Below, in pieces: positions 1 through 9,306 of a stretch of DNA of 51,007 bases; within the stretch, counting starts at the first letter, position 1, and each line of letters opens with the position of its first letter. The notes under the pieces were generated by a model. That model did no database searches, was not told the origin of the DNA, and saw nothing but the letters and a program-made list of their open reading frames with translations. The stretch comes from Actinomycetales bacterium (GTDB taxonomy: Bacteria; Actinomycetota; Actinomycetes; Actinomycetales; CAVURS01). The position numbers and the translations under genes are program-made. The stretch covers positions 1-51,007 of the forward strand of contig JBJMHS010000052.1 of NCBI GenBank assembly GCA_045807245.1. Reading direction: 5' to 3'.

Positions 1-84
1 GCCAAGGCGCTCGGCACGTGGGGCGTGTCCGGCGGCGCTGTCCAGCGCACTGCCATCAACGCCAGCGCCGCGACCTCTGGCTGA
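1..84 (+). CDS. 3' end of a truncated gene, possibly an ABC transporter substrate-binding protein
   Basis: Frame 1 is open from the window edge: AKALGTWGVSGGAVQRTAINASAATSG*. The C-terminus loosely resembles those of amino-acid binding proteins. Confidence 0.35.
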   Translation, partial: AKALGTWGVSGGAVQRTAINASAATSG

Positions 85-112
85 GTCAGTCAGGGCAGCC
101 GGGGCGTGAGGG

Positions 113-682
113 TCAGGTCGGGCCCGGTGGGCCGTCCAGGACCCTCGGTACGTACTCGACGAGCTGGATCTGGCCGTCGAAGGTGCGGCTCTGCACCATG
201 TCGAGGGCGACGTCGGGGTAGCCGTCGTAGATCCGCTCCTGGCCGGTTGCTCCGGTGATGACGGGGAAGATCACGACCCGGAACCGGTCGACCAGGCCTG
301 CCTTCAACAGGGAGCGACATAGCGACAGGCTGCCGATCGTTCGCATGGACCTGTCGCCGTCGTCCTTCATCTTCCGCACGGCCTGGGCGGCGTCCCCGGC
401 GACCAAGGTCGAGTTCTCCCACTCCAGCGGTTCGGTCAGGGTGCTGGAGAAGACGACCTTGGACATGCCTCCCAGCACATCGGTCCCGGGCTCGCCCTCC
501 TTCGTGAAGCCGTGCATGAGCCGGTAGGTGTTCGCTCCCATCAGGAGCAGGTACTCCCCTTCGGGGTTCTCGCCGAGCCAGGCGAGGTACTCCGGGCCCT
601 CCATTCCCCACCAGCCCGGCCACCCCTCCGCGGAGGCGTACCCATCGAGGGAGGTGATGAAGTCGACGACAAGCTCAGGCAT
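113..682 (-). CDS. Dihydrofolate reductase / RibD C-terminal domain family protein
   Basis: Motifs FITSLDGY, LLMGANTY, GSLSLCRSLLKAGLVD and FPVITG. An AAGGAGG RBS lies just upstream of the ATG at 682. Confidence 0.85.
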   Translation of the reverse strand: MPELVVDFITSLDGYASAEGWPGWWGMEGPEYLAWLGENPEGEYLLLMGANTYRLMHGFTKEGEPGTDVLGGMSKVVFSSTLTEPLEWENSTLVAGDAAQAVRKMKDDGDRSMRTIGSLSLCRSLLKAGLVDRFRVVIFPVITGATGQERIYDGYPDVALDMVQSRTFDGQIQLVEYVPRVLDGPPGPT

Positions 683-741
683 CTGCATTCCTCCTTCGTG
701 CACCGACCAGTCCCTCCAGGCTCCCAGAACTCCACCGCTCG

Positions 742-785
742 ACGACGAACGACCCTGCGGTGGTGCACGCAGGGTCGTTCGTCGT
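742..785. terminator. Hairpin terminator downstream of tmRNA
   Basis: Perfect 18-bp inverted repeat ACGACGAACGACCCTGCG / CGCAGGGTCGTTCGTCGT with an 8-nt loop, immediately after the tmRNA 3' end. Confidence 0.8.
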
Positions 786-786
786 T

Positions 787-1155
787 GGGTGGAGGTGGCG
801 GGAATCGAACCCGCGTCCGTCGGTGTGGAACCAGGGCTTCTCCGGGCGCAGCCTGCTGTGGTTTTTCTCAGCCCCAGCGATCACGCAAGCAAGTCGCTGC
901 CGGGCTCAGTCACGAAAGGTATGTCCGCGGACCCCGTGACCTGGTCCGAGAACAGTGGCTTCCTAGCTGATGCCAGCTACCGGGCCGGAAGCACTCCCGG
1001 GCTGACAGACTTCACAGCTCGCTCAGGCGGCGAGGGCGAAGTCGGTGCGAGTGTTATCGGCACCTATTGGTTTGCACGGATCGTTAACGAGATAACCGTG
1101 CGTCCTCGGCCCGCTTCTCCTGGAACGACGACCAACGTCGAAACCGTTCACCCCC
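787..1155 (-). ncRNA. ssrA: tmRNA; tag peptide ADNTRTDFALAA* at 1061..1023
   Basis: 5' end GGGGGTGAACGGTTTCGAC; 3' T-arm GGTTCGATTCCC followed by acceptor CACCTCCACC. The internal tag ORF ends in FALAA, and smpB is nearby. Confidence 0.97.
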
Positions 1156-1235
1156 CTATTGAGTTGTCCCCCCAGCCTAGTCGGCAACGTCAAGCAGGCG
1201 CCCCGGATTCCCCAGGCCCTCAGCCCCGGGCGGGG

Positions 1236-3125
1236 TCACCAGGAGCCGCCGCCGCCTCCCCCGCCACCACCGCCGGAGAAGCCGCCCCCGCCGGAGAACC
1301 CGCTCGAGCCGGACGACGCCGGCGTGGACACGAGCGCACCGGAGACCTGGGTGGAGAACGTCTCCATCGCCGAGCCGAAGCCGCCGAAGTTGAACGCGCT
1401 CGCGCCCCAGTACCCGACGTACCAGTTCGGTGTGGGCACGTTCGCACCGGAAGCAGCCAGCTGCTGGAAGACCTTGGCCCATCGATCGGCAACGCCGAAG
1501 ACGATCGCGTACGGGAGGTACCGGCTGAAGACGTCCTGACCCTCCTCGAACTTGATCTGGCCGGCCTCGGCCGTCTCGAGGTACTTGCGGAAACCGTTGA
1601 CCTGCGTGAGCGCGGCCGAGCCCTTGGCCGTCCGGGCGGGCATCCGCTTGGCCATCCAGCGCGCGACCAGTCCGCCGACGATGAGCCCGAGCCCCGGGAT
1701 GACGAAGTTCGGGCTCTGGCGCGAGAAGCCGAACCACGTCACGGCGACCCCCAGGACGATGGCCGCGATCCCCGCCAGTCCCCACTGGCGCCGTACCGTC
1801 TGGGGGTTGCCGCGGAACCAGCCGCGAGCCGTCACGTCGTCGTACAGCCGGTTCTGGGTCGCCTTGAGGTCGGACGAGAAGGTGTTCTTCAGCTCGGACA
1901 GCTTGACCTCGTTGCGGCCCTTGAAGATGGCCTGCATCAGCGCCATCTCGTAGGGCAGCAGGTCCTGCGTCGACGGCGCCGGCAGGACGACCTCGAGGTT
2001 CCAGTCCTTCTTGCCGAACACGCCTTCCTTCGGGATCTCGACGATCTTCAGGTACCCGCGCACGGCCAGGTCGACGATCGTCGCGGTGACGTCGACGACG
2101 TTGGCCTCCTCGTCGATCAGCGTGCCCAGCTGACCGACCCGCATACCCTCCGGCGGCGCGAACTGCACCGCCACCTCGCGTCGCCGCAGCCCGACCTTCT
2201 CGACCGAGTCCGCCTGTCCCCCAAGGGGAAGCAGTCCCGGCGTCAACCCGACGTACCGCTCGTCGCGGCCACGGGTCCAGACCAGCCAGGTCATGAGCCC
2301 ACCGACCGCGAGGAGCAGCAGGCCGGACAGCCCCAGCGCGTACGGCGACACGTCCAGCACGCGGGCGATCCCGGTGTGGCGCAGGATCGGGTCGGTGTTC
2401 GAGAAGGTGCCGAGCGGGTAGGCCAGGACGACCGTCATGCCCTCACCCGGCTGCAAGGTGTCGGTCTGGAACGTCGCGGTCTTGCCCGAGGTCCCGTCAC
2501 ACGTGTCGGTGCTGCCGTAGCCACCGCGGTAGCAGGCAACCTGCGTCGTCGACGCGGGCGCCGTGACGGTGACCCTTGCCGACTCGATCGGCACCTCCCA
2601 CTCGGCGCCCGTGATGTTCCAGTAGAGCTCCTGGTGGTCCTTGAACCCGTTGAGCGAGCCCTTGACCGTGTACTTCAAGACGTACGTCTGCGTGCCACTC
2701 ACCGTCCGGTCCGCGTCGCCGATCCGGATCTGCGTGAGGTTGCCCTGGGTGGACACCTTGGTCTTCGTGGGCGCGCCGGTCGGGCTGGAGACACTGACGT
2801 CGGAGACGGGATAGACGCGCACCTTGCTGGTGTTCCCCGGTCCGTACGACGAGTCCGACTGCCCTCCCGTGGAGCTCGGGTCGTACGCGAACACGGTGCG
2901 CAGGTCGCGGTAGATACCGTGGTGGAAGTCGCCGGCGAAGACGTACTGCACCGTCTCTTTCACATGCATCGTGCCGTCGCGGTCGAGGGTGACGGCGGCG
3001 TCGTACGACGGGATGGACTCCCCCGTGTCGGCCTGAGCCGACGTCGCCGGGAGCACGACCAGGGCGACGGACCCCAGCAGCACCGCACCGAGCGCCACTC
3101 CGCGCGCCACTCCCCTCGCCCGCAT
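1236..3125 (-). CDS. DUF2207 (YciQ-like) membrane protein
   Basis: Signal peptide, ELYWNITG, ATIVDLAVRGYLKI, YLPYAIVFG and a GGGGGGSW C-terminus. The ATG overlaps the smpB stop (TGATG). Confidence 0.88.
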   Translation of the reverse strand: MRARGVARGVALGAVLLGSVALVVLPATSAQADTGESIPSYDAAVTLDRDGTMHVKETVQYVFAGDFHHGIYRDLRTVFAYDPSSTGGQSDSSYGPGNTSKVRVYPVSDVSVSSPTGAPTKTKVSTQGNLTQIRIGDADRTVSGTQTYVLKYTVKGSLNGFKDHQELYWNITGAEWEVPIESARVTVTAPASTTQVACYRGGYGSTDTCDGTSGKTATFQTDTLQPGEGMTVVLAYPLGTFSNTDPILRHTGIARVLDVSPYALGLSGLLLLAVGGLMTWLVWTRGRDERYVGLTPGLLPLGGQADSVEKVGLRRREVAVQFAPPEGMRVGQLGTLIDEEANVVDVTATIVDLAVRGYLKIVEIPKEGVFGKKDWNLEVVLPAPSTQDLLPYEMALMQAIFKGRNEVKLSELKNTFSSDLKATQNRLYDDVTARGWFRGNPQTVRRQWGLAGIAAIVLGVAVTWFGFSRQSPNFVIPGLGLIVGGLVARWMAKRMPARTAKGSAALTQVNGFRKYLETAEAGQIKFEEGQDVFSRYLPYAIVFGVADRWAKVFQQLAASGANVPTPNWYVGYWGASAFNFGGFGSAMETFSTQVSGALVSTPASSGSSGFSGGGGFSGGGGGGGGGGSW

Positions 3126-3595
3126 CAGCGGTCCCGTCGCGTCGACATCGCGCGGTCGGCTTCGCGCTTGTCCTGCCGCTCGCGCAGGGCCTGCCGTTTG
3201 TCGTAGCTGCGCTTGCCGCGCGCGACCGCGATCTCCACCTTCGCCTTCCCGTCCTTGAAGTAGAGCGCGAGGGGCACCAGCGTCTCGCCCTGCTCGCGGG
3301 TCTCGTCGGCCAGCTTGATGATCTCGTCCTTGTGCAGCAACAGCTTTCGCCGGCGTCGGGGCTCGTGGTTGGTCCACGTGCCTTCGGTGTACTCCGGGAT
3401 GTGCACGTTCTCCAGCCAGGCCTCGCCGTTGCTGACGGTGGCGAAGCCGTCGACCAGTGACGCCCGTCCGGCCCGCAGGGACTTGACCTCCGTGCCGGTC
3501 AGCACCAGCCCGGCCTCGTAGACGTCGTCGATGTGATAGTCGTGCCGAGCCTTGCGGTTGCTGGCGACCACCTTGCGGCCACGCTCCCTCGCCAC
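3125..3595 (-). CDS. smpB: SsrA-binding protein
   Basis: [38 protein letters not shown]. Confidence 0.98.
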   Translation of the reverse strand: MARERGRKVVASNRKARHDYHIDDVYEAGLVLTGTEVKSLRAGRASLVDGFATVSNGEAWLENVHIPEYTEGTWTNHEPRRRRKLLLHKDEIIKLADETREQGETLVPLALYFKDGKAKVEIAVARGKRSYDKRQALRERQDKREADRAMSTRRDR

Positions 3596-3645
3596 GACCC
3601 GACCTCCCTCTGTCCGACCCCGAACGCTACCGGGCCGAAGGGCGG

Positions 3646-4884
3646 TCAGAGGTACCGCATCGGGTTGACCGGCACACCGTCGATGCGGACCTCGAAGTGC
3701 AGGTGGCAGCCGGTCGAGAGTCCGGTCGTGCCCGAGTAGGCGATGACCTCACCGCGGTTGACGTGCCCTCCGGTCCGGACGAACGTGCTCAGGTGGTCGT
3801 ACGACGTCGCCAGGCCGTGACCGTTGAGACGCCCGTGATAGAGCACGATCTGGTTGCCGTACCCGCCGGCGTACCCGTGGGACACGATCGTCCCGGAGGC
3901 CGCGGCGTGTACCGGCGTCCCGCAGGCCACCGCGAAGTCCTGGCCGGTGTGCATCCGCCAGTAATGCAGGATCGGGTGGAACCGCATGCCGAACGGCGAG
4001 GACAGCGGACCGATGACCGGGTAGGACAGGAACCCCTTGGTCAGGTGCCAGACGCCACCGCGGGACCGGGCGGCGATGCGGGCCAGGACCAGGCGCAGGT
4101 GGTCGGACTGCTTCTGGAGCTCGGCCAGGCGCGCGCGCTCGGCGGCCTTCTGCGCCTCGACAGCGGCAACCTCGGCGGTCTGTTGGGCCGCCAACGTGTC
4201 CAGCGTCGCCTTGGCGGCGGCCGCCTGCTGCGCCGCGTCGGTCGCCTCCGCCACGGCTTCGGCCGCCTGCACCTTGAGGTCGGCCACCTCCTGCCGGGCA
4301 GCGGTGAGCTTGACCGTGCGCGCCGCCTCCTCCGCGCGCTGGACCGCGAGCTGACGCAGCGCGTCGTTCTCGATCCGGGCGGCGGTGTCAGCGAGCGCCA
4401 TGCCGGTGGCGAACTCGTCCGGGGTCTTCGCCTGCAGCGCGACGGCGAGCGTGCTCATGTCGTTGCCCTGGTAGACCTGCCGGGCCAGCGCGCCGAGCAC
4501 GTTGTTGGTCTGGACCGCCTTGCGCCTGGTCGCGGCCAGGTCGTCGGCGGCGCGGGCCTCGGCGGCCTGGGCCAGCGCGAGCTGCTCGGCGACGGCCTGG
4601 TCGTGCACCTGGGCGAGGATGAGCGAGGCCTGCTTGGCGTTCAGGTCGACCTGGGCGCCCCGGAGCTTGGCCTGCGTTGCGGCCAGCGCGTTGGACGCGG
4701 CGACCAGGGCCGAGCCGATGTCGTCCAGGTCGCTCTTGCTGGCGTCGATCTTCTGGTCGACCGTCTTCTTCTGCGCCCGGACCTGGTCAGAAGTCTGGCC
4801 CTCGGCGGCGGTGGGGACGACCGCGACCAGGCAGGCCGCGAGCAGGGAAGCCAGCAGCGTCGTACGGCGGGGAAGGCAACGCAC
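3646..4884 (-). CDS. Secreted coiled-coil M23 family peptidoglycan endopeptidase (likely FtsEX partner)
   Basis: Signal peptide, long coiled coil, and HTGQD...H...HLHFE M23 motifs; lies downstream of ftsX. Confidence 0.9.
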   Translation of the reverse strand: MRCLPRRTTLLASLLAACLVAVVPTAAEGQTSDQVRAQKKTVDQKIDASKSDLDDIGSALVAASNALAATQAKLRGAQVDLNAKQASLILAQVHDQAVAEQLALAQAAEARAADDLAATRRKAVQTNNVLGALARQVYQGNDMSTLAVALQAKTPDEFATGMALADTAARIENDALRQLAVQRAEEAARTVKLTAARQEVADLKVQAAEAVAEATDAAQQAAAAKATLDTLAAQQTAEVAAVEAQKAAERARLAELQKQSDHLRLVLARIAARSRGGVWHLTKGFLSYPVIGPLSSPFGMRFHPILHYWRMHTGQDFAVACGTPVHAAASGTIVSHGYAGGYGNQIVLYHGRLNGHGLATSYDHLSTFVRTGGHVNRGEVIAYSGTTGLSTGCHLHFEVRIDGVPVNPMRYL

Positions 4885-4971
4885 GTCACTTTGTTACCAT
4901 GAACAACAACAGTCACAGGCGGAGGCGCGCCGCCCGGGTCGCCCGGCCGGGCGCCGTACTGAGCCGACCAG

Positions 4972-5880
4972 CTAGACGCGCAGGTAGAAGCGGAGGGTCA
5001 CCGCGGAGACCAGGGCGGCCAGGATCACACCGCCGAGCAACAGCCAGGGTGCCGTCGAGAAGACGACACCGGTCCCGATGAAGTTCGTGACCCGGGTCGC
5101 GCCGGCCAACCGGTCTTGGACGAAGAACTGCACGCCGGCCCACAGCCCGACGATGGCGAGCACTCCGCCGACGAACGTCGCGATCACCGTCTCCAGGATG
5201 AACGGCACCTGGATGGTGAAGTTCGAGGCGCCGACCAGACGCATGATCCCCGTCTCTCTTCGACGCGTGTACGCCGAGAGCCGGATCATCGTCGTGTTGA
5301 TCAGCAAGAACAGCAACAGCATCACTCCGGCGAAGCCGAGGGCGCCGTACGTGAGATAGGTGATGATGTCGAACAGCGGTTTGAGCAGCTCTCGCTGGTC
5401 CTGCACGAGCTCGACGCCGGGCGCTCCCTGGAACGAGCTGGCGATGACGTCGAACTTCTTCGGGTCGGTCAGCTTGACGCGATAGCTCTCGGGCATCTGG
5501 TCGGCGGTGACGCCCTTGACGATCGCGGATCCCTTGAACTGCTGCTGGAACCGCGCGAACGCCTGCTCCTTGGACTCGAAGTAGACCTTCTGCACGAGCG
5601 GCCGCAGCGAGTTGAGCTGCTGCTCGATCTGGTCCTTCTGGGCCTGGGTCACCTCGCCGTCGGAGCAGCTGGCGACACTGCTGACCGAGCCGCAGAGGAA
5701 GATCGAGACCTCGACCTTGTCGTACCAGTAGTCCTTGCTCGCGTCGACCTGGCGCTGCGCGAGCCAGCCCATGCCGACGAGGAACATCGTGGCGAGCGCG
5801 ACGAGCACCACCGAGATGACCATCGACAGGTTCCGCTTGAGACCGGCGAGGGTCTCGCTCAGGATGAACTGCAGGCGCAT
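4972..5880 (-). CDS. ftsX: Cell division permease FtsX
   Basis: YWYDKVEVSIFLC and RRRETGIMRLVGAS; four TM segments; follows ftsE. Confidence 0.95.
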   Translation of the reverse strand: MRLQFILSETLAGLKRNLSMVISVVLVALATMFLVGMGWLAQRQVDASKDYWYDKVEVSIFLCGSVSSVASCSDGEVTQAQKDQIEQQLNSLRPLVQKVYFESKEQAFARFQQQFKGSAIVKGVTADQMPESYRVKLTDPKKFDVIASSFQGAPGVELVQDQRELLKPLFDIITYLTYGALGFAGVMLLLFLLINTTMIRLSAYTRRRETGIMRLVGASNFTIQVPFILETVIATFVGGVLAIVGLWAGVQFFVQDRLAGATRVTNFIGTGVVFSTAPWLLLGGVILAALVSAVTLRFYLRV

Positions 5881-5926
5881 GGGTTCCTCTGTGTCGCAGT
5901 CTGTTTCGTCGCAGTTGGCTGGTCGG

Positions 5927-6616
5927 TCAGCGCTCGGAGCCGTAAACGCCGCGGGACTGGTCGCGGACCAGCCTGCCGTCGGACAGCTCGATGACCCGCT
6001 TGCGCATCTGGTCCACGATCTCGTCGTCGTGAGTGGCCATGACGATCGTCGTACCGGTCCGGTTGATCCGGTCGAGCAGCTTCATGATCCCCAGGCTTGT
6101 CGTCGGGTCGAGGTTTCCAGTCGGTTCATCGGCGAGCAGGATCGGCGGCCGGTTGACGAAGGCGCGCGCGATGGCGACGCGCTGCTGCTCGCCGCCGGAC
6201 AGCTCGTGGGGGTAGCGCTTCTCCTTGCCGCCGAGACCGACCAGGTCGAGGGTCTCGGGGACGAGCTTGGCGATCGTGTGCCTCGGCTTGCCGATGACCG
6301 CGAGCGAGAACGCGACGTTGTCCGCGACGGTGCGGTCGGGCAGCAGGCGGAAGTCCTGGAACACGGTGCCGATCTGACGGCGGTGAGCCGGCACCTTGCG
6401 GTACGGCAGCTGGCCGAGGTCCTTGCCGGCGACGAGCACCGAGCCGGAGGTGACCGGCTCCTCGCGCAGGACGAGGCGCAGCATCGTGGACTTGCCGGAC
6501 CCGGACGCGCCGACGATGAACAGGAAGTCGCCGCGTTCGACGTTGAGGCTGATGCCCTCGAGCGCCGGCCGGTGGCCGCTCGCGTAGACCTTGCTCACGT
6601 TCTCGAACCGGATCAT
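5927..6616 (-). CDS. ftsE: Cell division ATP-binding protein FtsE
   Basis: [42 protein letters not shown]. Confidence 0.96.
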   Translation of the reverse strand: MIRFENVSKVYASGHRPALEGISLNVERGDFLFIVGASGSGKSTMLRLVLREEPVTSGSVLVAGKDLGQLPYRKVPAHRRQIGTVFQDFRLLPDRTVADNVAFSLAVIGKPRHTIAKLVPETLDLVGLGGKEKRYPHELSGGEQQRVAIARAFVNRPPILLADEPTGNLDPTTSLGIMKLLDRINRTGTTIVMATHDDEIVDQMRKRVIELSDGRLVRDQSRGVYGSER

Positions 6617-6753
6617 GCCGGAGGGTGCCTGCCTGTGGGGTGCTTGGGTGGGTTTGCCTGGTGGGCCGCTCACGCAGCGTCGCGGTGCGCACCGGCTCAG
6701 CGAGTCTACGTCGGCGCTCTGAGCGTTCCGGGTAGATCGGACGGGTCGGCGGG

Positions 6754-7866
6754 TCAGGCCTGAGCGCGCTCCTGGGTGCGCCGCCAGCGGATGCCCGCCT
6801 CGAGGAAGCCGTCCAGGTCGCCGTCGAAGACCGCGGTCGGGTTGCCGACCTCGTACTCGGTGCGCAGGTCCTTGACCATCTGGTACGGGTGCAGCACGTA
6901 GGAGCGCATCTGGTCGCCCCAGCTCGCCTTGACATCACCGGCGAGCACCTTCTTGGCCGCCGCCTCCTCCTCCTGACGCTGGGCCAGGAGGCGGGACTGC
7001 ATGACGCGCAAGGCGGCCGCGCGGTTCTGGATCTGCGACTTCTCGTTCTGCATCGACACGACGATGCCGGTCGGGATGTGGGTCATGCGCACAGCGGAGT
7101 CGGTCGTGTTGACGCTCTGGCCGCCGGGACCGGAGGAGCGGAAGACGTCGATCTTGAGCTCGTTCTCGGGGATGTCGATGTGGTCGGTCTGTTCGACAAG
7201 GGGCAGCACCTCGACCGCGGCGAAGCTGGTCTGACGGCGGCCCTGGTTGTCGAACGGCGAGATGCGGACCAGCCGATGGGTGCCCGCCTCGACGGACAGC
7301 GTGCCGAACGCGTACGGCGCGTCGATCTCGAAGGTTGCCGACTTGAGGCCGGCCTCCTCGGCGTACGACGTGTCGAGGACGGTCGTCGGGTAGCCGTGCC
7401 GCTCGGCCCAGCGCAGGTACATGCGCATGAGCATCTCGGCGAAGTCCGCGGCGTCGACGCCGCCCGCGCCGGAGCGGATCGTGACGACGGCCTCGCGGGC
7501 GTCGTACTCGCCGTTGAGCAGGGTGCGGACCTCGAGCTCGCCGACGGTCTTGGTGAGGGCCGCGAGCTCACGCTCGGCCTCGGTCAGGGTCTGGGCGTCG
7601 TTCTCGGCCTGGCCCAGCTCGACCATGATCTCCAGGTCGTCGAGCCGCGAGGTGACGGACTCGACCCGGTCCAGCTCGGCCTGCTTGTGCGACAGCCTGC
7701 TGGTGACCTTCTGCGCAGCGTCGGGGTCATCCCAGAGGTCGGGCGCCGAGGACTGCTTCTCGAGGTCGGCGATCTCGACCCGCAGCCGGTCCAGGTCGGT
7801 CACCTGTTGGATGGACTCGACGGTCTGGCGCAAGGCCTTGATCTCGCTCGGGAAGTCGGCCGCCAC
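6754..7866 (-). CDS. prfB: Peptide chain release factor 2
   Basis: SPF anticodon mimic and GPGGQ motif; continuous ORF. Confidence 0.98.
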   Translation of the reverse strand: MAADFPSEIKALRQTVESIQQVTDLDRLRVEIADLEKQSSAPDLWDDPDAAQKVTSRLSHKQAELDRVESVTSRLDDLEIMVELGQAENDAQTLTEAERELAALTKTVGELEVRTLLNGEYDAREAVVTIRSGAGGVDAADFAEMLMRMYLRWAERHGYPTTVLDTSYAEEAGLKSATFEIDAPYAFGTLSVEAGTHRLVRISPFDNQGRRQTSFAAVEVLPLVEQTDHIDIPENELKIDVFRSSGPGGQSVNTTDSAVRMTHIPTGIVVSMQNEKSQIQNRAAALRVMQSRLLAQRQEEEAAAKKVLAGDVKASWGDQMRSYVLHPYQMVKDLRTEYEVGNPTAVFDGDLDGFLEAGIRWRRTQERAQA

Positions 7867-7994
7867 AACACACCAGCCTAGCCGTCGGAGCGGCTCAGCC
7901 CTTCGCGGTGATGCAGCTCGCGGTGACGGGGTGATCTTTGCCGCTCAACCCAGCCAACCGCCGTCGGTTCCTCTCGACTTGGATCGTCTGTGGA

Positions 7995-8117
7995 TTACTG
8001 GCCGGTGGCGTACATGAGCACGATGAACGCCACGTTGAGGGCGAGGATCGTCCCGCCGATGATGAGAGCGGCGCGAGCCAGGGGGCCTAGCCGCCCGCGC
8101 TGGCTTGTGGTTGTCAC
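7995..8117 (-). CDS. Unannotated 40-aa single-pass membrane peptide
   Basis: MTTTSQRGRLGPLARAALIIGGTILALNVAFIVLMYATGQ*. The GTG start overlaps the TGA of the upstream gene (GTGA) and GGAGG lies upstream. Basic N-terminus followed by a hydrophobic helix. Confidence 0.6.
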   Translation of the reverse strand: MTTTSQRGRLGPLARAALIIGGTILALNVAFIVLMYATGQ

Positions 8118-8794
8118 GGGTTACCAGCCCCTCCATACGGTCCTGTCACATTGCCGGTCGGATAGAAGTTGTTGTGCCATTCCAGCGTGCTGCACGCCGG
8201 GATGGGCCCTGGGTAGCAGTCCCGGTCGACCTCGTTGGCGTGTGAGCTGTACCCGTTCTGCATGAACACCGAATAGCACTTTTTCAGTTCCGACGAGAAC
8301 GCCGTGTCATCCGAGCCGGATACCTGGCAGTTGTGTGAGCCGTACAGTCCGGCGACGTGGCAGGTGTCCAGGCACGCGGCGAAGCCAGCCGCATAGACGA
8401 CATACCCGTCCTGGCAGTTCTGCACGAAAGTGCCCATCTCGGCGTAGCACGACTTCCAGTACCGCTTGTAGACCTTGACGTTTGTTACGTGCGGCCCGGA
8501 CACCACTTGCTTGTACCGGCCCGTGAACACAGGCGTGCCCACGTACAGCGAGTCACGGAAACCGTTGGCCGTGGAGGGGCCGACGTAGGCGTACGAACCG
8601 TCCGGGTGCATCGTGACCACCTCGGATGCCTCTCCGTTGTCATCGAGCATGAGGCCCAGCGTGTCCTGCGTTTGCCCGGGCGCATCGTTGCCGCCAGCCA
8701 CAGCTTGGCTCGGCGTCACACCCAACACCGTCACCGCTGCTGCGACCACGAACGCACCTCGTACCCGCCTTCCGCGCACAGAAAACATCGACAT
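8114..8794 (-). CDS. Hypothetical secreted cysteine-rich protein
   Basis: Basic-hydrophobic-AxA signal peptide (RGRRVRGAFVVAAAVTVLGVTPSQAVA); 8 Cys in the mature part; lower GC than the flanks. Confidence 0.75.
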   Translation of the reverse strand: MSMFSVRGRRVRGAFVVAAAVTVLGVTPSQAVAGGNDAPGQTQDTLGLMLDDNGEASEVVTMHPDGSYAYVGPSTANGFRDSLYVGTPVFTGRYKQVVSGPHVTNVKVYKRYWKSCYAEMGTFVQNCQDGYVVYAAGFAACLDTCHVAGLYGSHNCQVSGSDDTAFSSELKKCYSVFMQNGYSSHANEVDRDCYPGPIPACSTLEWHNNFYPTGNVTGPYGGAGNP

Positions 8795-8866
8795 GGCTGC
8801 CCCCTGCTGCAACTCAGGACGTCATCACAGGGCGGATGCCCCGAATGCCCTACCTGGTTGCGAATG

Positions 8867-8896
8867 CTACTTATCGGTATGTAGACTGACAAGTAG
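8867..8896. promoter_or_regulatory. Palindromic operator, copy 1 (C-box-like)
   Basis: CTACTTATCGGTATGTAGACTGACAAGTAG, an imperfect palindrome with 25/30 identity to copy 2. Confidence 0.65.
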
Positions 8897-8945
8897 CAAC
8901 TCCGAGAAATTCATCTGCGGCCTGTGTCCCGCTTCCGCCGGTACG

Positions 8946-8975
8946 CGACTTATCCGTCTGTAGACGGAGAAGTAG
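8946..8975. promoter_or_regulatory. Palindromic operator, copy 2 (C-box-like)
   Basis: CGACTTATCCGTCTGTAGACGGAGAAGTAG; the arms ACTTATCCGTCT / AGACGGAGAAGT match 11/12. Lies 24 nt upstream of the XRE gene. Confidence 0.7.
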
Positions 8976-8999
8976 CGAGCCGAGACGCTCCATGGCGTC

Positions 9000-9296
9000 A
9001 TGGAAGGGGACCTTCAGCGAGCCGTGGGCCGCAACCTGCGTGCCTACCGCAAGGCCCGGGGCCTCTCCCAGGAGGCCTTTGCCGAGGTCGTCGGTGTCCA
9101 TCGCACCTACATGGGCGGGCTTGAGCGCGGCGAGCGCAACCTCACCCTGAAGTCGGTCGAGCGCATCGCGGCCCGCATCGACGTCCCGGCCCTACAGCTG
9201 ATGGCGACGACCGCACCGGAGACCTCCTGGACTGAGGCCGTCGGTGTGGCCGTCGCCACTGCGCCGCACGGGCGGACTCCGAAGGGTCGCCGCTGA
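9000..9296 (+). CDS. XRE/HTH_3 transcriptional regulator, controller (C) protein-like
   Basis: GRNLRAYRKARGLSQEAFAEVVGVHRTYMGGLERGERNLTL; the HRTY..ERG.RN signature is typical of C-proteins. Confidence 0.9.
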   Translation: MEGDLQRAVGRNLRAYRKARGLSQEAFAEVVGVHRTYMGGLERGERNLTLKSVERIAARIDVPALQLMATTAPETSWTEAVGVAVATAPHGRTPKGRR

Positions 9297-9306
9297 GCTC
9301 TGCTCG

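Noticed and set aside
700..800. Genomic island integrated at the tmRNA 3' end
   Set aside because: There is no integrase and no duplicated ssrA 3' fragment in the window, and the native terminator directly follows tmRNA.
1236..1320. GCC-rich repeat tract
   Set aside because: It simply encodes the standard Gly/Ser-rich C-terminus of DUF2207 proteins.
528..3206. 892-aa plus-strand ORF, and similar long ORFs at 25227-27665, 34103-36151, 39423-41624 and 45265-47040
   Set aside because: These are antisense or alternate-frame shadows of well-supported genes. They are expected at high GC, and they are low-complexity with no recognisable motifs.
6754..7866. Programmed +1 frameshift in prfB
   Set aside because: The ORF is continuous and full length, with no CTT-TGA-C site needed.
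8867..8975. 30-bp repeats as a mini CRISPR array
   Set aside because: Only two imperfect copies and no cas genes; their position between divergent genes fits operators.
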